This document shows, piece after piece, positions 45,282-62,641 of a stretch of DNA of 64,000 nucleotides. Source of the DNA: Eledone cirrhosa (lineage: Eukaryota); the NCBI GenBank assembly GCA_964016885.1, contig OZ024743.1, forward strand, positions 253,146,001 through 253,210,000, in the 5' to 3' direction. The translations under genes were made by a program, and so were the position numbers. Each line of letters starts with the position of its first letter. The first letter of the stretch is position 1. The notes under the pieces were generated by a model. That model was not told where the DNA came from, made no database searches, and saw only the letters and a list, made by a program, of their open reading frames with translations.

Positions 45282-45323
<42 letters not shown>

Positions 45324-45754
45324 AGTGTGTGTAACCCTAATAATTAGACAAATTTACAAAGTGTGAGAACCTCCGATAGAATGCTTTGCGGTACTCGTTC
45401 GAGTTCTCTTTCTTCAGAGTTCACATGACGTCTAAGTCAACTTTTAGAGGTTGCTTCTCAGTATCTCTTTCTTTCACCTGTTTCATGTCTCATGCAATAC
45501 CTTGCAGTATTCTTTCTGGCTCTCCGCTCTGTGTTCAAATCCCACCGAGGTCAGCTTTAACTTTCTAAATTTTGAGGTCTATAATGTACCAAACCAGTAT
45601 TGGGGTCGTTTGTTCTTCTCTATCTCTCTCACTTTCTCTCTTTCTCTAGAAGAGTCAGCTTCGTTTAGACCTGGAGAAAGGATAGGCTCAGCCAGGTTTG
45701 AAATACGCAAGGGACGCTGCATGTCACGACGTTGCCATTACGACTCAACCACGA

Positions 45755-46064
45755 GGGCGAAAAACTTCATTTTTCAGCTTTTTAGGGCTTTTTTAGGCGT
45801 TACATCTAGCCAATTTTCCCAAAATTTCAAGTTATATTGTGCACATAAAAAAATTCATTTTCTTGCTCCTCTAGGGCCCGCATTAGGTGAAAACCTGCAT
45901 TTTTCCTCCTTCATCGAGGAAAATCTTACATTATCCAGCCATCAGAGTATTCGGTTTATTTTCTTTACATATTTTCCAGGCATGCAGTTTTTCCACGATT
46001 AGGTCTGTTGGCGGCCCGCGTTCCAAAATATCTTATCCCATGCAACGCCGGATACCACTGCTAG
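45755..46064 (+). mobile_element. 3' part of non-autonomous Helitron-like element (family of 2408-3348)
   Basis: Homologous to ~3037-3348; ends cccatgcaacgccgga..CTAG. Confidence 0.75.
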
Positions 46065-46093
46065 TATATATATGATAAGAGTAACGAAGATCC

Positions 46094-46170
<77 letters not shown>

Positions 46171-49100
46171 AACGTAATTTTCTGTATAGCAATGAAAGAT
46201 ATGATGGTGTTTCAATACTTAAGTGATGGCTAGTGTTATATTTAGGCCAAATTATGCAGCCACGTAGATGGCATAATTATAACACTAGCTATTTTAGTAA
46301 TACGCTTCCCTCAGGGAAGCGCATTACCAACCTTTAAAGGCACACAGTTTTATACATATTTGTAAAGGTATACTATCCGTTAAAAACATTTGCAGTGTAG
46401 TTTCGTTGTGTAAATATCTAAAGGGGTGAAGAGGGCTGTAATATTTTTAGTGTGCTTAGAGCAAAAATTCTCTAGATCGTGGTTCATCAACTTAACAACT
46501 TGTAAGTTGAAACTAATTTATTTGGGAAAAGTGAGCGCATACCTAAAGGAAGGAAGCGTAGTTTGGGTCATGGTTAGGTGCTAATTATCCGGGCACCGAC
46601 TCAGTCTATTTGGGCTTGAATGCTTAACACACCTGTGTATTCAAATGTCACCCTAGCTGAGTCATCTATGATGACGGCGTTTCAACGGTGTAGCCTCTAT
46701 ATGGCCAGTCCACTTTCTAGCTATAGGAACGAAATATCCCTCAAATAATACCTTAATATCTAAGATAAAGCGAACAAATAAGTCAGTGGTCGACAAGAAG
46801 ACAGTATAGTTATATCTCGACCCAATTCCAGATTTAGATAGGGGTTAATAATGTTACAACCCATTTACCATATATTACTGATAGACTTATAAAGAACCCT
46901 CAAACTTGATATTTCTAGATATAAACCCCATATATTACGAATATATGAAACCCTTAAACTTAACATTTCATGATATAAATCTCAGCGAGACTACTTATAA
47001 AAACCCTTAAATTTTATATTACAAAATACCAACCTCAAATAGTATTGATTATAGAAAGAAGATATATGAACACATATTCTAAATATCCTTTATTATACCT
47101 TTGCCTTTCATCCTTACAGGGTCGATACAATAAAGTACCAGTAATGCACTGGGTAATTGCTGGCCTTGTGCCTAAAGTAGAAACAATTATACCAAATTAT
47201 ATCAGTTAAGAAAAAAGGAAACATAAATACTTTGATGACAAATAGAATGAAACCGGCTCAGATTCTAATATGCATATCTCTTTATTTTAAAGTTATCGAA
47301 ACTCTTCCATCATTCTTTTACGTAAGAACTACTGATGTGTTATGCTCCAAACACCAGATAAATCATGAGTTGTATTATAAATCCTACTAAATTTTTAATT
47401 ATTTTAAAAATTATCTGAAACTCATAGGCAGTGTCTTTCATTAGAAATATAGTAATGAAAGGTTTAATGTAGACAGCTTTGAAAATTGTCATGAAAAACG
47501 GTCAAACTTTTCTGTCACACCATATGAAACCATCGTCCCCTTTGTTTCATCATCCACCAACATATTTTAGTGAACCTTCCGGTCTAAACAGTTTCTACGT
47601 GGTTGCACTTTCGACATTATCACAACCTGGACCATGGGGTGTGTCCTGTGAGTGTTGGATATCTGTCAGTTCCGACGAGGATTCTTGAATGGTTCTGATA
47701 AACGGAACAGCCTGGTTGTGAAATTAATGTGCAAGTGGCTGAACCTTGCACAGATATGTATATTCTTAACTTAATTCTCTGGGAAATGTACCGTGGCACT
47801 GTGTTTGACAAGGCTGTCTCTTTGAATTACATCTACAAATTCTCAGGTAAATTCAGCGTGACACAGTGTGTATGTGTCAAGGCTCGCTATATGAATTGCA
47901 GGCACTACTGATGTTGGACAGGTTAATAGACTAGAGCAACGAGAAATAAACTGTCTTGCTCATGGACACAATGTGCCAATAGAAGTTGAACTCACAACCA
48001 CTAAGCCACGGACCTAAATACCATGAAATGTATGAATGTATGGTCCTGTAATTCCTGGTGGATTCGTATGGGCGCCGTAGTGACATACATACGGTGTTCT
48101 TTTGGCACCTTAATGCCTGGAGGAGCCCATCCCTCTCCACGTCTGAACACAGCAGACATCTTCGAGAGAAGGATAGAAAATAAGAGGATGTGAGAAAGAG
48201 ATAGAAAAAGCATCAACTCCAGTACTTAACTGGTACTCTTTTTATCGACCTGAAAGGGTAAGTTGTCCTAAACGGAATTAGAACTCAGAGAGTAGAGAGC
48301 CAGAACGAATATAGAAAATCATTTTATCCGGCGTACTAGCGACTTTGCCAATTCACCGCCGATACACACCATGAAATAACAGTAATATTATTCTATAACA
48401 GTAATATTATTCTAAATCTGCAGATAATTTACAGCAGAAATCTTAAATACACGGTCCGCAAGCTACTTTTCTATGGCTCACGGCTGAAGATCGGAAACGG
48501 AAAATTTGTCCTCATACATTTTATACCAATTCACATATCCCGCTTACTGTCATACACATATTTAATTTGATTAAAAAAAAAGCAGCTTATCAGCTGTATT
48601 GCAGATTATCATTATAACTTTGGGAAATCACACCCACCCCTAATCTCACCTTTGGCCCACTGTGTCTCTTCTCTTAGGATGTAAAGCCACTTTGAACACT
48701 TGAATTTGAGACACCTGGTTTACAACTTACATTCAGCACTGGATTAAGTTAGTGTTAGGCCTGTAGCATATACTATAAACCGGCCCTAAAATTAAAACAA
48801 CATTTGACACAATGGTTAAAGGCAGTGGCAGTGTAGTACTATTGTTAAATCATATAGCTCAGGGCCCTGAAAATATGGGGCATGTAGAAAATATTACTAT
48901 TGCTACTAGGTTAATCCGGCAGGTCTTATAGCAACATGAATTTCATTTTATTGTGTTAAACAAACAATATAGATAAGAATACGAGACATTTGCAAAGCAA
49001 TTTGTACATCACGAAAGCTGTTATACAACTATCAAGCCTGCAAATATTAAACAAAGAAAATAACATATATCTGCCTCAAGCAAGTTAGGGTATAGCTGTT

Positions 49101-49241
49101 TCATAAAATGAAAACATACACGCGCACACACACACGCGGTAACAGACACACCCACACATACACACATATATATATGTAAAAATATATATACATTTATATA
49201 TATATATACATGTATATATATATGTGTATATATACATGTAC

Positions 49242-49322
<81 letters not shown>

Positions 49323-49392
49323 TACATACATGTGTATGTATATATATATATATGTGTATATATATATAAATATATATGTATATATATACATA

Positions 49393-49708
<316 letters not shown>

Positions 49709-49764
49709 TATATGTATATGTATATATATATATATACATGTATATATATGTGTATATATACATG

Positions 49765-49835
<71 letters not shown>

Positions 49836-49838
49836 ATG

Positions 49839-49869
<31 letters not shown>

Positions 49870-50138
49870 GTATGTATATATATATATATATATACACACA
49901 CTCACACACACACATATATATATATAAATGTGTGTGTGTGTGTGTGTGTGTGCGTGCGTCATTATGTGTGTGTCATTGTGTGTGTGTGCGTACACATATT
50001 TACTCTCAGCCAGAGACCACACATAGATGGCGTGATATAAAAAGGTTGAGAACAATGAACATGTCTCATATATTTAGGTTGTTGTCAGTAAGTTTTAAGA
50101 AATACATAATGCAAATACACACGCTGCAAATACATGTA

Positions 50139-50185
<47 letters not shown>

Positions 50186-50186
50186 C

Positions 50187-50276
<90 letters not shown>

Positions 50277-50282
<6 letters not shown>

Positions 50283-53163
50283 ATAAATGCTCTGAAATAG
50301 CGATATATATGTGAATATAGACATAGAATATTCGAAAATATTCTGTATGTTTATAATAAACATTTTGAAGACCTAATCGCTATAGAATAGAATACGTCAC
50401 GTATTACAATTAGATTCTCGATAAAAGCAAGGGAAGTAAGTCTACGCGTTTCATTCTTGTTAGAATTCATCAGGACTACATATCCAGTGCTTTCATCGAG
50501 AATGACACAGCTAGAGACTTATAGAATACTTAGCTGTGTACAGGAACTGGTTTGAAAGAGCGGTTGCCGGTCCGGCAGAAATTAGAAATTGGAATAAATG
50601 CTCTGAAATAGCGATATATATGTGAATATAGACATAGAATATTCGAAAATATTCTGTATGTTTATAATAAACATTTTGAAGACCTAATCGCTATAGAATA
50701 GAATACGTCACGTATTACAATTAGATTCTCGATAAAAGCAAGGGAAGTAAGTCTACGCGTTTCATTCTTGTTAGAATTCATCAGGACTACATATCCAGTG
50801 CTTTCATCGAGAATGACACAGCTAGAGACTTATAGAATACTTAGCTGTGTACAGGAACTGGTTTGAAAGAGCGGTTGCCGGTCCGGCAGAAATTAGAAAT
50901 TGGAATAAATGCTCTGAAATAGCGATATATATGTGAATATAGACATAGAATATTCGAAAATATTCTGTATGTTTATAATAAACATTTTGAAGACCTAATC
51001 GCTATAGAATAGAATACGTCACGTATTACAATTAGATTCTCGATAAAAGCAAGGGAAGTAAGTCTACGCGTTTCATTCTTGTTAGAATTCATCAGGACTA
51101 CATATCCAGTGCTTTCATCGAGAATGACACAGCTAGAGACTTATAGAATACTTAGCTGTGTACAGGAACTGGTTTGAAAGAGCGGTTGCCGGTCCGGCAG
51201 AAATTAGAAATTGGAATAAATGCTCTGAAATAGCGATATATATGTGAATATAGACATAGAATATTCGAAAATATTCTGTATGTTTATAATAAACATTTTG
51301 AAGACCTAATCGCTATAGAATAGAATACGTCACGTATTACAATTAGATTCTCGATAAAAGCAAGGGAAGTAAGTCTACGCGTTTCATTCTTGTTAGAATT
51401 CATCAGGACTACATATCCAGTGCTTTCATCGAGAATGACACAGCTAGAGACTTATAGAATACTTAGCTGTGTACAGGAACTGGTTTGAAAGAGCGGTTGC
51501 CGGTCCGGCAGAAATTAGAAATTGGAATAAATGCTCTGAAATAGCGATATATATGTGAATATAGACATAGAATATTCGAAAATATTCTGTATGTTTATAA
51601 TAAACATTTTGAAGACCTAATCGCTATAGAATAGAATACGTCACGTATTACAATTAGATTCTCGATAAAAGCAAGGGAAGTAAGTCTACGCGTTTCATTC
51701 TTGTTAGAATTCATCAGGACTACATATCCAGTGCTTTCATCGAGAATGACACAGCTAGAGACTTATAGAATACTTAGCTGTGTACAGGAACTGGTTTGAA
51801 AGAGCGGTTGCCGGTCCGGCAGAAATTAGAAATTGGAATAAATGCTCTGAAATAGCGATATATATGTGAATATAGACATAGAATATTCGAAAATATTCTG
51901 TATGTTTATAATAAACATTTTGAAGACCTAATCGCTATAGAATAGAATACGTCACGTATTACAATTAGATTCTCGATAAAAGCAAGGGAAGTAAGTCTAC
52001 GCGTTTCATTCTTGTTAGAATTCATCAGGACTACATATCCAGTGCTTTCATCGAGAATGACACAGCTAGAGACTTATAGAATACTTAGCTGTGTACAGGA
52101 ACTGGTTTGAAAGAGCTTTTATCGAGAATCTAATTGTAATACGTGACGTATTCTATTCTATAGCGATTAGGTCTTCAAAATGTTTATTATAAACATACAG
52201 AATATTTTCGAATATTCTATGTCTATATTCACATATATATCGCTATTTCAGAGCATTTATTCCAATTTCTAATTTCTGCCGGACCGGCAACCGCTCTTTC
52301 AAACCAGTTCCTGTACACAGCTAAGTATTCTATAAGTCTCTAGCTGTGTCATTCTCGATGAAAGCACTGGATATGTAGTCCTGATGAATTCTAACAAGAA
52401 TGAAACGCGTAGACTTACTTCCCTTGCTTTTATCGAGAATCTAATTGTAATACGTGACGTATTCTATTCTATAGCGATTAGGTCTTCAAAATGTTTATTA
52501 TAAACATACAGAATATTTTCGAATATTCTATGTCTATATTCACATATATATCGCTATTTCAGAGCATTTATTCCAATTTCTAATTTCTGCCGGACCGGCA
52601 ACCGCTCTTTCAAACCAGTTCCTGTACACAGCTAAGTATTCTATAAGTCTCTAGCTGTGTCATTCTCGATGAAAGCACTGGATATGTAGTCCTGATGAAT
52701 TCTAACAAGAATGAAACGCGTAGACTTACTTCCCTTGCTTTTATCGAGAATCTAATTGTAATACGTGACGTATTCTATTCTATAGCGATTAGGTCTTCAA
52801 AATGTTTATTATAAACATACAGAATATTTTCGAATATTCTATGTCTATATTCACATATATATCGCTATTTCAGAGCATTTATTCCAATTTCTAATTTCTG
52901 CCGGACCGGCAACCGCTCTTTCAAACCAGTTCCTGTACACAGCTAAGTATTCTATAAGTCTCTAGCTATGTCATTCTCGATGAAAGCACTGGATATGTAG
53001 TCCTGATGAATTCTAACAAGAATGAAACGCGTAGACTTACTTCCCTTGCTTTTATCGAGAATCTAATTGTAATACGTGACGTATTCTATTCTATAGCGAT
53101 TAGGTCTTCAAAATGTTTATTATAAACATACAGAATATTTTCGAATATTCTATGTCTATATTC
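50277..53163. mobile_element. Retrozyme-like array of 311-bp units: ~5.9 tandem units, then ~3.4 inverted units, in (TA)n
   Basis: ggaataaatgctctg recurs at 50280, 50591, 50902, 51213, 51524, 51835; inversion at 52115-52116 (GC microhomology); units essentially identical. Confidence 0.95.
52375..52418 (+). ncRNA. Type I hammerhead (also + 52686-52729, 52997-53040; - 50436-50479, 50747-50790, 51058-51101, 51369-51412, 51680-51723, 51991-52034)
   Basis: gtagtc-CTGATGA-attc(taacaa)gaat-GAAA-cgcg-TA-gacttac; stem I extends by attctcgatgaaagca / tgcttttatcgagaat (16 bp) beyond an internal loop; predicted cleavage after 52411. Confidence 0.92.
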
Positions 53164-53164
53164 A

Positions 53165-53229
<65 letters not shown>

Positions 53230-53642
53230 TTGTGTCTGTGTGTGTCTTTAATATATTCAGATAAATATCCCCCCACACATACCACCTAGTTCCCTCGTAA
53301 CAAGAGAATAGGTGTGTAATGATGATATGAACAGTTATAGACAATGATCCAATACTCTCATAATAGCATGTGTTTCTCTTTTGTAGAGAACAGAGCATTC
53401 ACGAATGAACATTCCTACACAAGAAAGAAGACCCCCTCCCAATAAAAACACAATATATATCTGTATATTATATGTAGGAGGCAGTCATTATCTATATTTT
53501 AATATATTTACCAGTAACTGGGAAATGCTTTTACTTGTGACAAAAAAAGTCCCTCTGCGCAATTCTGGCATCTTAATGCGTTTCTTACAAAGCATCAATT
53601 TCTAAACTTATAATGCCTTTTTTTTTAATACAGCACATATGT

Positions 53643-53724
<82 letters not shown>

Positions 53725-53738
53725 TATATATATATATA

Positions 53739-53822
<84 letters not shown>

Positions 53823-55573
53823 ATATATATATATATTGTATATATATTGTTCAGTCGTTTGTAACAAAGAAATAGATGAATACTAAGATTAATGGTTAAC
53901 ACTTGTTAACAAGACTGAAAATCTGTCGTAAGAACTTGCTTACCATCAGGATAATTACCAAATGTGTTTCCCATGCTGATTTGTAAACAATTCAAACATA
54001 ATATCTTTTATCTATCCCCCACTGCCATGGAGCAATTGTGTTATAGTCTACATGCAACATGGCTCCCCTGCGTAGCTAAACATGTTCCACATCACCCCAC
54101 ATAACTTTGGTAAATTTTACTCCATCAGTTGTTTTTTTTTAATACATATATTATTTATCTCTTCATAGACTTGTTCGTCTTGGCATTGCATTATATTTCT
54201 TGAGACAGAACATTCACGATATTAAAAGCAGCTGTTAAAGGGTCATCAATCAATTAATGTTTTCACAGCCGTATTTAGAATGAAATACACTATATTGTTT
54301 CCCTATTTCTAATGAAAGAGGCTGTGTGTGATTTTTAAATTGTTATCAAAATAATATAATAAAGTTGAGGAATTTAGTAATATAAATACATTTGTCATTA
54401 CTAATTAAATTAATACTTAGGGCCGCGTCGGACAAAATGGCCCTTTACATTCTGAGTTCAAAACCCACCGAGGTTACATTTGCCTTTCATCCTTACGGGT
54501 TCGATAAAATAAAGTACCAGTAATGTACTGGAGTCTATTTAGACGACTATCTCACTTTTATTTGTTTGCCAAACGTAGAAACAATTAATTAAGTAGGAAC
54601 TTGAAACATAAATATTCTATACAATTATGATGGAAGATTCTTTAGATAAATACAAACTTTTAAAAATAAACAGTTGTGTACCATAGTTTCAACGGCGGTT
54701 TGGTAGCAAAGGTTAATGAAGAATTTTGAAGTGTTTACTAAAATTGTTTATGATTTTATGATTAAAATAGTAACTTAAAAAATTGTGCTTATATGAAATT
54801 CTGTTGGAAGATTTTAGATTTTGAATTGGTAGATTTATTTATAAATAGTAAGGCCGGATGTCCAGGCAGGTATCAAAAGGGCCAGGCATGTCTAAGTCGT
54901 TAAGACGTTCGCTTTGCAATCATAACAACATGAATTCGATTACTTTGATGGCATCTTCGGCAAATAATTTGACCACAGCCACGAGTATTGTGTTACGATA
55001 TTTCATCCAGAGATTTAGGTTAAGTGTACATGGGTCTGAAGAATATTCAGCCACTTATACAACCACACAAGATAGATTAAACTATACTTCAAATGTCAAT
55101 CTTTGTGATATAATGTGTGACGTGTATGCGGCTTGAATATTACGTTAAGGATACGCGTGTCTTATATGTCGAATACTCTGCCACTTACATTATAAAACAA
55201 TATAAAGTAAATTCAAACGTCTAGTCGTTCCACATATGGCGTCACAATGATTCGGCTCGGGAATTGCATTAAGAGTTCACGTATCTGCAGAATACTCAAA
55301 CACTTACACATTAATTCATTGGTTAAACGCTCAGTCGGTCAAGAAAATATTAGGTTGAAATCCACGGAGGATTCATCAGCATCAATTGTAGTGGAGGTAA
55401 TAAAGATAGTATCAACAGTTTAACAGGGACCGGTTCAGAGATTTCCAAACTACATTTCACGAAAATATAAAGTATTCTGAAATGACATCAAATCTGATCA
55501 AAGTTTATGATTATTTATCACACATACACCCATAAACACACGCACACACACGCATACACACATACACACACAC

Positions 55574-55662
<89 letters not shown>

Positions 55663-55843
55663 AAAACACACATGTCTTCCTCCAAGCGTGAACCTGATAT
55701 AACTGCGTAGATTTGCCTCCTGTGATTTTTGTTTCATCTATTTACTATGTAAACATATAATGTATACATACATATATACATGTATACATACATATATGTA
55801 TACATACATATATACATACATACATATATGTATACATACATAT

Positions 55844-55928
<85 letters not shown>

Positions 55929-55935
55929 ATATATA

Positions 55936-56052
<117 letters not shown>

Positions 56053-56616
56053 GAGTGAGAGAGAGAGAGGTACGTATCTTGCCAAATTTCAATTTCAATG
56101 ATTCCCCCATTCGATCAATCCCGGCTTTCGACATCGAAATAACACCCCAGCATCAGGGAAATATTTTATAACCATATACTAATCGAAACTCAAATTGCTA
56201 TTTATTTGATTCATTGTTGAAACAGATTTCTTTATACTCAACAACAATGATACAACCAGTTGCTTCCGCTCTTTTAGAATAAAACATGTGACACTATGCA
56301 TCACTCAGCACGTCATAAGAAAATAATATATCCCACACTAACATAAATTAAAAAGAAAGTTTGAAAAGCTACTCTGAGCGAAACCGGTTAGAGCAAAACA
56401 TGAATAGATATACATGGCAGGCTTCCGCACAGTTTGCACGTACCAGATTTCACTTAGAAAATATTGGTCAACCCGAAGCTATAGTGCAATACATTTCCCG
56501 AAGATGCCACACAGTGAAAATGAACACGAAACACAATGGCTGCGTGTAGACACACACACACACGCACACATATATACACACACATATGTATATATGTATA
56601 TATATATATGTGTATA

Positions 56617-56678
<62 letters not shown>

Positions 56679-57169
56679 TGATGGCAGTTAGTCACCAGGT
56701 TAATATATTTTATTTTCAGCCCACCATTACACCCACTGCCACCACAAGCCAAATCCTGACACAAGCCCCTTTACCAACTCCTAACAGTCAACGCCAAAAA
56801 TACTCCCCATCAACCCCGACACCACCACAAAAAATCCAAAGTTATAGCACCATTACTACTGTCACCACCATCAACTCACCCACCCATCATCTCATATCCA
56901 CCCCAACCTCACATCAACCCCCAAACCTCCATCTCCAACGTAATCTCATCTGTTACAGATTTATATTTATTATCCTTCCATTATGTATTTTTTGCCTTAC
57001 TGCAGTCTGCTTGATATACACTTAGCCACATATTTTTCCCATTAAACAGTTCATATATGTAAATATGAATGTATGTATATATATATATATATATTAATAT
57101 ATATATATATATATATATATATGCCTGTATGTATACGCACACACACATACATATATATATATACCTATA

Positions 57170-57238
<69 letters not shown>

Positions 57239-57674
57239 TTATATATGAAGAATGATGGGCTCATGCACAGAGATGCTATAAAATAGCTTATATAACGGGG
57301 TGAAGACACTTAAAAGATGGGGAAAAAGTTGATGCCATGGGGAATCGAACTCCGTATCTCGAAAATACCGACTTAAAGGTTACAAGCCACTGACCGGTAT
57401 CTGGGGATATTTTGCTCAATTCCTCATAGCGGCCAATGGCAACTTCTTTTTCGTCTTTTAATTGTCTACAATCTATTTTATAAAATGCCGCCTATGAGAA
57501 CATCATTCTTCATATTTTCTTCATCTCAGTCCCTCGTCCGAAAGATCGGTTACATATACACAATGCTTCTTTGTTTTATAGATACACACACAGACACACA
57601 CAGACGCCCCCCCCCACACACACACACACATACACACATACACACACGCACTGACACACCCACAGGGAGACAAG

Positions 57675-57982
57675 AATAAATAAATAAATAAATAAAATAA
57701 AAATGGCGTAGACATTACAATACAATACAACACAATACAATAGGAGGGAACATAATAATAGTACCACTGATGATGTTGCAGATGTGCAACGAAAGAACTT
57801 TGATAGACTATATATATATATTTATATCTGTATTTTTAACCGTTGGTCAATCAATGATAAACGTTGATTGGCAAATAAAGTGACTATAGAGATATAAAAG
57901 ATATAGAAGCGAAAATCAACCAGTGAGTATGTTCTGTTATTATTTCTGGCAATATTATTACAATATGGCCCTCTCCAAGTAT

Positions 57983-57990
<8 letters not shown>
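57675..57990 (+). mobile_element. Solo, diverged pLTR of the 42819-45281 PLE family
   Basis: aaatggcgtagaca..ccactgatgatgttgcagatgtgcaacgaaag..ccaagtataacaatat(at)n. Confidence 0.85.
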
Positions 57991-58044
<54 letters not shown>

Positions 58045-58473
58045 GTGTTAATTAGTTCCTTGTCTTACGATATTTTTAGAGGGTTGATTACTCATGATAA
58101 ACTGATATATTTGCACCTTAATAGTAGTTATGACATCACTAGTTTCGATGTCCCAGATGCATTCTACTGTTTTACTCAGAACCAACGAACTATAATTATT
58201 AGTTCAAATCCCGTCGAGGTTTACTTTGCCTTTCATCCTTACGGGGTCGATAAAATAAAGTACCAGTAATGCACTGGGTAATTGCTGGCCTTGTGCCAAA
58301 AGTAGAAACAATTATTAGTAGTATGATGCATATAAGGAAGCTGATTTTCTAGAATCTACAATGGAATCTTATGCGATGTGAACCTACTTGAAAGACAATA
58401 GCTCTCATTGCATGATCTCGTTGGAATTATCTCTTCAAAACTGCATGGAGTCCTAACAAAATTATTGCCCCCA

Positions 58474-59192
58474 CGTATACACTCGTGTAATAGCCGATCT
58501 CATGTAAACGTCAACCCCCACTTTTAGTCAAAGAATCTTGAACTTTTCATACACCTCGTATGTAAGTCAACCCGGGTATTTTACGGATAACAAGTCAACA
58601 TTTTTGGGTCCACATATCATCCTGCACGTAGAAATAAAACTGTTACAAAATCGTCATGAATTTAAGGCAGATTCATATTATTGCAAATACATGCCTGAAA
58701 GAAAAACGTGTGCCTACCTTATTTCAATTTCAAGCACTATGAAAATGATGTGGTAGGATAATTGTGATGCGAATTATACTGACTAGGTATCGGTCATGTG
58801 CAGATTATTATGGTAGGTAGTGGCATACCAGTATATTTATTACCCACGGTAATATTACAGCAATTATGAGATAAATATTAATTGCACTTAGCTAGTCTGT
58901 TACGTTTGATGGATACAAGTAAAAGATCAAGTGTAAATATTTATAAGTTCTCCGAAGTCTTTATTATGGATTTTGTTTTTTACTAGGTTGTGTGTTTCGG
59001 TGCATAGAATCGGCAATATTACTATAATTCATTGTGATTTTGTTTTTCTTCGTTTAGAAATCAGTTCGGCTTCTGATACTGATACGGTACTTTGGATTCT
59101 AGTTTGAATTTCAAGACCTTAATTGTGGCATCCCTTGAATTTATCCTTAAATACTGGACTAAAACATTCGACTTTTATACGAGTATATATCG
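58474..59192. mobile_element. Degenerate pogo/Tigger-like MITE
   Basis: Imperfect TIRs cgtatacactcgtgtaatagccga / tcgacttttatacgagtatatatcg; subterminal repeat ctcgtatgtaagtcaaccc. Confidence 0.55.
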
Positions 59193-59814
59193 TATATTTA
59201 CTCATTTTTACGTATATATATATATATATATTCACCTTGCTCTCTGCTGGTTGTGTTTGTCTAGGTATTAACGTCTAAACAAATAGAAAAAAATATTTTA
59301 TCTGTGTTTGTATATTCTCTATCTCTTTCAGGCTCTCGTCTATAACTCTTTTTTCAGTTGCATCTTATTTGTAAATCATTGAAAGCAAGTCCTCTTGTCT
59401 TCAGTCTATTTGTTACTGTCCCTTGTACACTGGGGACAGTTGTATTGATTTTAAAGCACCAAAACAACGATTCTCTATAACACGACTGATAAAGGTAGAC
59501 TGTCTCATTATTGGTGGTTTTTTATCCGTTGTCCTCGCCCATATTTTATATTTATTTTTTTTATTTGAGTCATATATGACCCTTTTTCAAATTGATATGT
59601 TCTCGTTTACATTTTCTGTCTTCTGTTCTCAAACATTATGGTAACTGTATGATATATTCACAGAAGGAAATAGAGAAAAAATACTTTTTTTCGTTACGAA
59701 AAATATTTTGTCTTTGACAGTGAGGCTACGCATATGTTTATTATATATAAACTTATAATATATGTTTATGTATATTTTCATATGTACCGCCCACCTCTCT
59801 CTCTCGTTATATAT

Positions 59815-60967
<1,153 letters not shown>

Positions 60968-60984
60968 CAAGGTAATTATCTATA

Positions 60985-61036
<52 letters not shown>

Positions 61037-61342
61037 TATAGATAATTACCTTGAATATGATTTCATATCATGAAAGATTAATCCCTGAAATTTAAACATA
61101 GAGGTAATTTATGTATTTTAATATATATTAGTAATACATTTATAAAGTTGTCAGTTTCCATAGCACAAAGAAGTTCTGATAATGTAGAATACGTGCCTAT
61201 ATATATAATGTCTATTAAATTGACAGTTTTGTTTACGGTATTACTAATAATATGTATATTCTTGGTCTAGTTTCAGTCATTAGAATACAGTAACTTATTC
61301 TTCCGTCTTTAAATATCATATATCATTATTAGTTATATATAA

Positions 61343-61535
61343 GGGCGTGGATTGGCAGTATCGGTAGAGGGACGGACGCCATGCTGTGCAGCAAAGAGTT
61401 ACGGCCCTTTATGATCTGAGTTCAATTCCCGCAGAGGTTAACTTTGCCTTTCATAATTATAGAGTCGAAGAAATAAAGTACCAGTAATACACTAGGATAA
61501 TTGCTGGCCTTGTGCCAAAAGTAGAAACACTTATT
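61343..61535 (+). mobile_element. Full-length Nin-domain SINE
   Basis: gggcgtggattggcagtatcggtagag..gagttcaattccc..tttgcctttcat..aaagtaccag..agaaacacttatt; flanked by ttattagttatatat repeats. Confidence 0.85.
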
Positions 61536-62585
61536 AGTTATATATGAGAATGGAATTGTCAACTGCAGATGTGGACTGGAACACTGCCGTATTATCGGCT
61601 TCAGTACACCCATACATACACACATACACACAAACACGCACACAAACAAACACACACACACACGCAGACGCACACAAACAAACACACACGGAGTAGGCAT
61701 TTTTACTGTACACGCATTAAAGGAAATACAGCTTTATAGCTTAAATCAAGGATTAGGTATTGTCTTCGTAAGCGAACCTGAGGCGTTCGATCTATCGATG
61801 AGAGACAAGGGGGGGTGGAGAGAATTATCGATAATGAAGAACGCCTAACAACGCCAAGAACCATAAGCTCCAACAAGACCATATCGAAAAATATCTATCT
61901 ACTGAGACTGTGTATGAACAAGTGTGTGTGTGTGCGTATATGTTTCGTATGAACGAAGTGGTTTAGTTTAAAAATCTGTACTCTAATCTGCACATATCTC
62001 CCATCCAGAACACAAGACGCTAGAAGCAATCAGAAGAGCGTGTCCGTGGGTGTAATTGTAAATGAGGTTAAGTCTGTTCTCTGCCAACTTATAAATAAAA
62101 TAAAACGATACAAAATAAGATAAAACGAAACAAAATCAAATAAAACGAGATGAAAAAAAAGAAAGACAGAAGAAAAGAATCCGTCGTATGATACATTTCC
62201 TCCGTGGCATCTTAGGTGGCATTCCAATTTATATATATTCAATCTCGATACAGCCAACAATTATGAATATCGGCTGCATTGATATTACATTTTATCAATT
62301 TTTTTGTTTCTCTGTTCTTTTCTTCCTCATGTTGTTGTATCCAGAAATAGTGAACTACTGGAAGTAATACTAAATATAAGAATATAAAAAATCGAAATTA
62401 ATAAAATAAAATAAAAAAAAAATTATATTGATATAAAAAGAGAGAGAGAGCCAGCATTATTGGTGTTCGTTAGATAACGTCTGTCACCATATCTATAATC
62501 ATTATAGATCGTAACAATTGATCTGACATTTTTTTTCAATAAATTTCTTCTCCGATAGAATAGTGCAGCACTTTTTTGCAGATAA

Positions 62586-62641
<56 letters not shown>

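Noticed and set aside
50277-53163. CRISPR array or plain satellite interpretation of the 311-bp repeats
   Set aside because: No variable spacers, eukaryotic context; a complete HHR per unit and the fold-back architecture point to a retro-derived array.
54858-55480. Possible host exon(s) in unique-looking sequence
   Set aside because: No recognisable protein motif or convincing splice and frame evidence without transcript data.
57325-57400. tRNA gene on - strand (ggagttcgattcccc)
   Set aside because: Only a T-arm/B-box is recognisable and no cloverleaf forms; probably a SINE head.
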